Source: Alphaproteobacteria bacterium (GTDB lineage Bacteria > Pseudomonadota > Alphaproteobacteria > UBA9219). Taken from it: a stretch of DNA of 64,000 nt. The translations under genes were made by a program, and so were the position numbers. The stretch is taken from assembly GCA_013286365.1 (NCBI GenBank), contig JABDFY010000006.1, positions 1,881 to 65,880 of the forward strand, in the 5' to 3' direction. Under the pieces are notes generated by a model, which searched no databases, was not told the DNA's origin, and worked only from the letters and a program-made list of their open reading frames with translations. Shown in pieces: positions 57,884-64,000 of this stretch (the stretch's first letter is position 1; every line of letters starts with the position of its first letter).

Positions 57884-58465
57884 ATGCTACGGCACATTGC
57901 TTGGTTTAACGAAGCACCCGTGGAATTAAAGCGCGATGGCGGCCTTACCTCGCCACATGAGGGCGTACGTAAGCGCTGCTTGGCACCGGCGCGTGAGCTG
58001 GAAAAATTGGGCGTCGAATGTGCTGTATTTGGCAACCTTCATGACGCAGACCCATCACAAGTAAGCCAGCATTTACAAAAATTAAATATCGACATAGTCA
58101 TCGTTGGTAAGATGATAAGTCCTTCCCTTGTAAAATTAGCGCGAACCGCTAAGCACCTTGGTTGCTATATCGTTGCAGATTTATGTACGGAAGACATTGC
58201 TAATCCCGAACTTACGCCACACTGGCATCATCTTGTCGAGCTGGCAGATGAAGTTGTAGCTGCCACAGAGGCAGTCGCCGCTCAAATCATGAAAGAGACC
58301 AATGTAACAGCTTTGGTGATTGTAGATGCAGATGAGGAAAACGATGTAAATTCAAAAACATCAGATGTTGCGATTGCCAAACAATGGTTTGAATGTTTGA
58401 AGCACCTCAAACTAAAGCCACCTCACTGTGCCAATACAAACGAGCCTTTAGAAAAGAAGACATAG
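57884..58465 (+). CDS. Hypothetical protein
   Basis: ORF from ATG 57884 (MLRHIAWFNE). The track ORF from 57800 overlaps hdaA. No motif recognised. Confidence 0.3.
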   Translation: MLRHIAWFNEAPVELKRDGGLTSPHEGVRKRCLAPARELEKLGVECAVFGNLHDADPSQVSQHLQKLNIDIVIVGKMISPSLVKLARTAKHLGCYIVADLCTEDIANPELTPHWHHLVELADEVVAATEAVAAQIMKETNVTALVIVDADEENDVNSKTSDVAIAKQWFECLKHLKLKPPHCANTNEPLEKKT

Positions 58466-58467
58466 AA

Positions 58468-59055
58468 CTATCTTAAAACAAACCAAAACCCTAATATGAT
58501 GGCCGCAAGAACAGCCAAGGCCACCCAACTAAGATAGCGTTCGATAAATTCCCTAATTGGAGCACCGAAGCGCCGTACCAGCCATGCAATAAAAAAGAAA
58601 CGTGCGCCACGCGTCAGCGCACACGACAAGACAAAAGCAATTAGATTAAGACTTGCTACGCCACTCGCGATTGTGACCAGCTTAAATGGAATTGGCGTCA
58701 GTCCTTTAGCGAGTATAATCCAAACCCCCCATCTATTGAACTGGTCGTGAAAGTGCTGAAATGCATTTTCTAAATGATAGGTCGCGATAATCCATTGGCC
58801 CAATGTCGCCATTGCCAAGGCGCCTATTGCATAACCCAATAATCCACCTAGTACCGAACCCATCGTACAAATGCCTGCCAAACGATAGGCCTTGTCGCGC
58901 TTTGCGATAGCCATAGGTAAAAGCAGAATATCCGGGGGCAATGGAAAAACTGAGGCCTCAGCAAAAGCGATCATGAATAAGATCCACGATGCGTAAGGCT
59001 GTTCAGACTGTTTAAGCGTCCAATTGTAGAGAGGGCGAAGACCTGGGATCTGCAA
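58468..59055 (-). CDS. YqaA/DedA-superfamily membrane protein
   Basis: The segment FAEASVFPLPPDILLLPMA is typical of YqaA/SNARE-associated DedA-type proteins. 195 aa with 4-5 TM segments. Confidence 0.65.
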   Translation of the reverse strand: MQIPGLRPLYNWTLKQSEQPYASWILFMIAFAEASVFPLPPDILLLPMAIAKRDKAYRLAGICTMGSVLGGLLGYAIGALAMATLGQWIIATYHLENAFQHFHDQFNRWGVWIILAKGLTPIPFKLVTIASGVASLNLIAFVLSCALTRGARFFFIAWLVRRFGAPIREFIERYLSWVALAVLAAIILGFWFVLR

Positions 59056-59057
59056 AG

Positions 59058-60152
59058 CTATTGATCCCCTAGCGGTACATAAGTACCCTTGGTCCAGCGA
59101 TAAATGATGTAATCAGGCTTTTTAACGTCGCCCTTATCATCAAATTCTATGTCCCCCAGAACGGTCGAGTAAGTACCTTGATGCATGACGGCGGTGATTT
59201 TCTTAAGATCTGTCGATCCCGCACGCTTTACGGCTTCGGCCATTACCTGCACAGCTGCATAGGTGTAGAGCGTGTAGCCTTCCGGCTCAAAACCCGAAGC
59301 ACGAAGGCGTTTTACGGCGTCAGCTGCTTCCGGTTTTTTACGTGGATCAGGATTAAAGCTCATCAACGTACCGTCACCTGCCTCACCCGTAATTGACCAA
59401 AACTCGGTCGTCGTTAAGCCTTCGCCACCGATTAAAACTGTTTTCATCCCTTGGCCACGCATCTGGCGAACGATTAGACCAGCTTCGGGGTGATAACCGC
59501 CGAAAAATAGAATATCAATATTGTTTTCTTTTAGCTTCGACACAAGAGATGAATAATCGCGCTCACCGCGAGAAATAGATTCGTATAGTTTCTCCTGAAT
59601 GCCGAGGTGATTGAGGTCTTTTTTCACCTCATCAGCAAGGCCCTGCCCGTAGGCAGTTTTATCATGGACAATGGCAACGTTTTTTCCTTTGTATTTTTTA
59701 TTAATAAAGTCGGCGACGACAATGCCTTGCTGATCATCACGGCCACAGACGCGAAAGACATTGTCGAAACCTTGTTCTGTGAAAAGAGGGCTCGTAGCGT
59801 CAGGAGAAATCATCAGTATTCCCTCTTCATTATACACCTTTGACGCTGGTATGGCTGATCCAGAACACATATGCCCAATAACAGCGAGTGTGTTTTCACC
59901 GCTAAGCTCATTTGCAATGGCAACAGCCTGTTTAGGATCACAAGCATCATCCTTTATCGTAAGATGCAATTTCTGTCCCAAGACACCACCGGCATCATTG
60001 ATAGCCTCAACAGCCGCCTCAGCACCACGCTGCATCTGCTCGCCTGTTGTTGCATCTTGACCCGTAATAGGACCAACAGCGGCGATATTAATATCGGCAT
60101 AGGCTGAAAACGAAACCAGTGTAAGCGCGGCAAGAACGAGAAAAAATCGCAT
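59058..60152 (-). CDS. Branched-chain amino acid ABC transporter substrate-binding protein (LivJ/K-like), copy 2
   Basis: Signal peptide MRFFLVLAALTLVSFSAYA from ATG 60152, with DDACDPKQAV, VIGHMCSGS and GERDYSSL. Paralogous to the 60154-61248 product. Confidence 0.85.
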   Translation of the reverse strand: MRFFLVLAALTLVSFSAYADINIAAVGPITGQDATTGEQMQRGAEAAVEAINDAGGVLGQKLHLTIKDDACDPKQAVAIANELSGENTLAVIGHMCSGSAIPASKVYNEEGILMISPDATSPLFTEQGFDNVFRVCGRDDQQGIVVADFINKKYKGKNVAIVHDKTAYGQGLADEVKKDLNHLGIQEKLYESISRGERDYSSLVSKLKENNIDILFFGGYHPEAGLIVRQMRGQGMKTVLIGGEGLTTTEFWSITGEAGDGTLMSFNPDPRKKPEAADAVKRLRASGFEPEGYTLYTYAAVQVMAEAVKRAGSTDLKKITAVMHQGTYSTVLGDIEFDDKGDVKKPDYIIYRWTKGTYVPLGDQ

Positions 60153-60153
60153 A

Positions 60154-61248
60154 TTATTCTCCGATCTCTTTGTATTTCCCGTCATGCCAACGATAGAGAA
60201 CATAGGCAGGTCCAATAATATCACCTTTAGCATCAAAGCTTAATGTACCAAGTACCGTCTTAGTTTGAGATTTTCGTAAATCAGCAGCAACTTTCATGGG
60301 ATCTGGGCTACCCACCCTACGGATACCTTCTGCTACCGCCTGAACTGCTGCGTAGGTATAAAGTGTGTAGCCTTCTGGTTCATAGCCACTTTTACGAAGT
60401 GTATCCAAAGCTGTCTTCGCATCCGGTCTATTACGTGGATCAGGACCAAATGTCATCAACACACCTTCACCTGCAGGGCCGGAAATCGACCAAAATTCGT
60501 CAGTCATCAAGGCATCGCCCCCAATAATCTGAATATGAGCACCCTGCTCTTTCAACTGACGCGCAATAAGTCCGGTCTCAGTGTGATAACCGCCGATGAG
60601 GAGCACTTGGGCGTCAACTTGTTTGAGCTTGGAAATTAGTGAAGAATAATCGCGCTCACCTGGTGTGTAGGCTTCAAAAGCGACCTCATTTATGCCACCT
60701 GCGTTGAGTACTTTCTTTGTTTCTTCCGCAAGACCATGGCCATAGGCAGAATTGTCATGTGCAATGGCAACTTTCTTATCATGAAAGTGCTGAAGCACAT
60801 AGTTGCCGAGGACGCTGCCCTGTCGATCATCGCGGCCACAGACGCGGAAAATAAGATCTTTGGCATCATCAGTTAGCTTTGGATTGGTGGCTGCCGGCGA
60901 AATATAGAGCATGCCTTCTTCCATATATACTTTGGAAGCCGGTATAGCTGAGCCAGAGCAATAATGTCCTATCACAAATTTTACGCCGTTGCTCGCCATC
61001 TGGTTAGCGACCGTCACGGCCTGTTTTGGGTCACAGGCATCATCAGCGCTGTGCAAGACCAGCTTTTCACCGTTTACCCCACCCATGGCATTGATATCAG
61101 CAACGGCTTGCTCGGCACCGCGTCGCATTTGTTCGCCAAACACGGCATACTGGCCAGTCAAAGGTCCTACCAATCCAATGGCTATATCAGCATGTGCTGG
61201 TAGAGTCATAAATAAAATTGCCGCAAAGACGAACAAGAACTTTTTCAT
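60154..61248 (-). CDS. Branched-chain amino acid ABC transporter substrate-binding protein (LivJ/K-like), copy 1
   Basis: Signal peptide MKKFLFVFAAILFMTLPAHA, with DDACDPKQAV, VIGHYCSGS and GERDYSSL. Confidence 0.85.
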   Translation of the reverse strand: MKKFLFVFAAILFMTLPAHADIAIGLVGPLTGQYAVFGEQMRRGAEQAVADINAMGGVNGEKLVLHSADDACDPKQAVTVANQMASNGVKFVIGHYCSGSAIPASKVYMEEGMLYISPAATNPKLTDDAKDLIFRVCGRDDRQGSVLGNYVLQHFHDKKVAIAHDNSAYGHGLAEETKKVLNAGGINEVAFEAYTPGERDYSSLISKLKQVDAQVLLIGGYHTETGLIARQLKEQGAHIQIIGGDALMTDEFWSISGPAGEGVLMTFGPDPRNRPDAKTALDTLRKSGYEPEGYTLYTYAAVQAVAEGIRRVGSPDPMKVAADLRKSQTKTVLGTLSFDAKGDIIGPAYVLYRWHDGKYKEIGE

Positions 61249-61258
61249 AAGAAACTCC

Positions 61259-61975
61259 CTATGCAGCCACGCCGCCTTCTAGATAGGCCGCACGTACTTC
61301 AGGATTGGCAAGAAGATCTGCACCGCTGCCAGAAAGAACGATGCGCCCATTGAGAAGCACGTAACCGCGATTAGCTAAGCGTAGCGCAAGATGTGCGTTC
61401 TGCTCTACAACAAAGATAGTCACACCATCTTTGGTATTGATTTCGGCCAACTTGGCGAATATTTGCTTTACAACAATGGGCGCCAAGCCAAGTGAAGGTT
61501 CATCAAGCAGCAATAGCTTGGGGCGGCTCATCAGCGCACGAGCGATTGCCAACATTTGCTGTTCGCCGCCAGATAGCGTGCCACCACGCTGATAGAGGCG
61601 TTCTTTAAGTCGTGGGAACATTGAGCAAACACGCTCAAGATCGTTAATAAAGTATTTGTTATCAGCGACAAGTCCCCCAAGTTGTAAATTTTCAAATACG
61701 GTCATGCGGCTAAAAATCCGACGTCCTTCCGGTACCAAAGCGACGCCGAGACCCACGATTTCATCTGTGGGTAAAGACGTTATTTCGGTACCGTTAAATC
61801 GAACATGACCACTCGTAGCTCGCGGCTGACCGCAAATTGTCATCATTAAAGTTGTTTTACCGGCCCCATTCGCCCCAATAAGCGTAACTATTTCTCCTGT
61901 TTTTACCTCAAGATCAACGCCACACAGAGCTTCAATCGCGCCATAGCGGGCAGATATCTTTTCAAGCCTTAGCAT
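61259..61975 (-). CDS. livF: Branched-chain amino acid ABC transporter ATP-binding protein LivF
   Basis: Motifs GANGAGKTT, LSGGEQQMLAIARAL and LLLDEPSLGLAP, with AYLEG near the C-terminus. Confidence 0.85.
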   Translation of the reverse strand: MLRLEKISARYGAIEALCGVDLEVKTGEIVTLIGANGAGKTTLMMTICGQPRATSGHVRFNGTEITSLPTDEIVGLGVALVPEGRRIFSRMTVFENLQLGGLVADNKYFINDLERVCSMFPRLKERLYQRGGTLSGGEQQMLAIARALMSRPKLLLLDEPSLGLAPIVVKQIFAKLAEINTKDGVTIFVVEQNAHLALRLANRGYVLLNGRIVLSGSGADLLANPEVRAAYLEGGVAA

Positions 61976-62802
61976 TAAGCAACTTCTCCTTCAGGCTCAC
62001 CTAAATACGCACGAATGACATCTGGATTATTACGAATACTCTCTGGATTGCCGTCAGCAATGCATTTTCCATAATCAAGGACAATTATATGATCGGAGAT
62101 TTCCATAACCACACTCATATTATGTTCAATGAGCAATATGCCTATATTATACTCATTGCGTATGTTTATAAGAGCTGCACGCAATTCTATAGATTCACGT
62201 GGATTCAATCCTGCTGCTGGTTCATCAAGGCAGAGTAAACACGGACCCGTGCACATACCACGTGCAATCTCAAGCCGACGCTGCATGCCATAAGGTAATC
62301 CTCCAGCTGCACGATCAGCCATCGCGGTTAGCCCCATTCGTTCTAGCCACATTCTTGCCTTATCAAGCGCCTTTTTTTCTGCCTGTTGATAGATCGGAAA
62401 CTTAAGTAATCCAGCAAAACTAAACCCAGAAGCTTTCATCAAAGGAAGATGTTGGGCTACGAGTAAATTCTCAAGTACCGTCATATTTGAGAAGAGACGA
62501 ATATTTTGAAATGTTCGAGCTATGCCTAGCTCGGCAATTTTATGGACAGGCAACGAAGTAAGAGATTTTTTTTTATCATCTCGGAATAACGTCATCGTTC
62601 CTGAGGTGGGTTGATAAAACCCGGTTAGGCAATTAAACAAAGTTGTTTTACCGGCGCCATTCGGACCTATGATTGCTGTAATTTGTTTATCAACGGCCTG
62701 AAAAGAGATATCGTCCACAGCTGTCAGGCCACCAAAACGCATAGTGAGATGCGCTACATCGAGCAAAACAGGCTTACTATTCTGGTTATTCATATTGCCC
62801 AT
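61975..62802 (-). CDS. livG: Branched-chain amino acid ABC transporter ATP-binding protein LivG
   Basis: Motifs GPNGAGKTT, LPYGMQRRLEIARGM and LCLDEPAAGLNP, with C-terminal AYLGE. The start is uncertain: ATG 62802 or 62793, or 62865 in the track. Confidence 0.85.
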   Translation of the reverse strand: MGNMNNQNSKPVLLDVAHLTMRFGGLTAVDDISFQAVDKQITAIIGPNGAGKTTLFNCLTGFYQPTSGTMTLFRDDKKKSLTSLPVHKIAELGIARTFQNIRLFSNMTVLENLLVAQHLPLMKASGFSFAGLLKFPIYQQAEKKALDKARMWLERMGLTAMADRAAGGLPYGMQRRLEIARGMCTGPCLLCLDEPAAGLNPRESIELRAALINIRNEYNIGILLIEHNMSVVMEISDHIIVLDYGKCIADGNPESIRNNPDVIRAYLGEPEGEVA

Positions 62803-63023
62803 GCCACGCTGCTGATTCCTCGATTTGCAAACTCCCTTATTTCCTAAAAGCAAGAATGGGGTCAAGCATTGCTACTTGAATGGTGGTTTTCTGTCCAAAA
62901 CACCACAAAAAGCTCGTGCGGAGTACTTAGAATGTTGAGAATGGCGCTGATGTGTAGGTAAAACTTGATTCGGAAGCCAAGCTCGTCTAACTCTCCGGTC
63001 GCACAAGTGGGTGCCATACGTCT

Positions 63024-63099
63024 GTCCCCTTCGTCTAGAGGCCTAGGACATTACCCTTTCACGGTAGTAACACGGGTTCGAATCCCGTAGGGGACGCCA
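63024..63099 (+). tRNA. tRNA-Glu (anticodon UUC), CCA encoded
   Basis: Acceptor GTCCCCT/AGGGGAC, anticodon loop CTTTCAC (TTC), T arm CGGGTTCGAATCCCG, then GCCA. Confidence 0.9.
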
Positions 63100-63257
63100 A
63101 TAAAATCAACTACTTAATGAGATAAATATTAATTTTTTTTAACTTGTTACCTAAATTTTACCTAATAAACGGTGCGAAATTCCCTGGTACAATGCTCTTT
63201 TTCCGAAGAACGAATTGAAGGGGTAATGCCACTCATCGGGAAGGACTAAAGCTCCGA

Positions 63258-63908
63258 CTAATGAGATACAGGGTTGTTCATTTCCCATAATTCTAGCCGC
63301 TCCTTAAGTTGCCACGCCGCTGATATTACGTTCTTGAGATGTCCAATCAAGGCCCCACCCTTAAGTTCACCAGCAACCCCAGCAGACTCAAGAGCGGAAG
63401 AAAGTACATCGACCATTGCCTGCAAGTGCGTCGCGGCTGGCATAATACCAGTATCTCTAAAATCTTCTACACCAACCTTATTCAATATATCCCGCGCTTT
63501 TATGTGATACGGCGCGATGTTAACATCAATCGGTATGTCACCCTGGGCTACGTAGCGACTTTCGGCAATCAATAATCTGTCGCGTGCTAAGCGATCAAGG
63601 CGGGCAGATTCAGTCGCCAGAGCACAAACAATCTCAACCCTTTCTCTCCTTTGTAAATCTGCGATTTCATGGTTCCGCTCTTCGAGTTGCTGTTTAAGTA
63701 CTTGTACTTGAGCCACTGAATCCACATGTGCTTGGTTTTTTTGCTCAAGAATTGCGCTCACCTGGGCTACTGCGCCTTTTTTGGTTTCCGAAGCCTGTAT
63801 GCGCCCTGCGACGTATGCAAGCACGCCGGCGCTCAATGTTAGAAGACCAGCAATAAAGCTGCCTTGATCTTGAAGGAATTGGTATAAACACGAATGCAAT
63901 GTCATCAT
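63258..63908 (-). CDS. Hypothetical protein with N-terminal TM segment and coiled-coil region
   Basis: 216-aa ORF with TM GSFIAGLLTLSAGVLAYVAG and heptad-like VQVLKQQLEERNHEIADLQRRE. No family recognised. Confidence 0.3.
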   Translation of the reverse strand: MMTLHSCLYQFLQDQGSFIAGLLTLSAGVLAYVAGRIQASETKKGAVAQVSAILEQKNQAHVDSVAQVQVLKQQLEERNHEIADLQRRERVEIVCALATESARLDRLARDRLLIAESRYVAQGDIPIDVNIAPYHIKARDILNKVGVEDFRDTGIMPAATHLQAMVDVLSSALESAGVAGELKGGALIGHLKNVISAAWQLKERLELWEMNNPVSH

Positions 63909-64000
63909 TTCTGGTTAGCACAATTGCACGTACAGTCAAAAACCAGGACTATGTATATTGATAATTATCGCTTTTCAGCTTCTTTAAGAAGCTCACTTAA

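Overview
This window looks like a moderately AT-rich alphaproteobacterial chromosome. That call rests on gene content read from the translations: leuC, lgt, proC, phasin, an EnvZ/OmpR-like pair, lptF-lptG-surA-rsmA, gmk, ndk, purN-purM, DUF2066, an AI-2E transporter, hdaA, liv genes and an NDUFAF7-type methyltransferase. No database search was possible, so every product call comes from motifs I recognise. Ordinary core genes occupy about 1-9.4 kb and 42.6-64 kb. Between them lies an accessory region of about 33 kb that begins at an intact tRNA-Val(CAC) at 9437-9511. The 3-prime part of that tRNA, plus some downstream flank, recurs four more times in direct orientation at 14548, 23615, 28768 and 32132. 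The first copy is a perfect 47-bp match and the later ones are progressively more degenerate. This cuts the region into cassettes, as expected for islands that integrated one after another at a single tRNA site, but no integrase is visible. The cassettes carry: (1) a divergent but motif-complete FtsH paralog and two tandem secreted GH-A-like paralogs; (2) a 1,987-aa thioester alpha-2-macroglobulin with pbpC; (3) Sel1-repeat, MORN-like and several small secreted proteins, including a twin-CX3C mini-protein; (4) an HExxH protein and other unknowns; (5) the most unusual locus. Locus 5 holds a 937-aa single ORF fusing an E1/ThiF-like domain, a nitroreductase-like domain and a LuxI-related N-acyl amino acid synthase domain. 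Its neighbours are a divergent XRE-family regulator with a perfect palindrome in the shared intergenic region, a possible heme-oxygenase-like di-iron protein, an MFS transporter, a beta-helix protein and an orphan flagellin. Smaller observations: a small gene missing from the ORF track that overlaps the ndk stop, a purM gene with no plausible canonical start codon, an 18-bp in-frame tandem repeat in the phasin gene, and a liv operon without permease genes. Most short antisense ORFs in the track are treated as artefacts.
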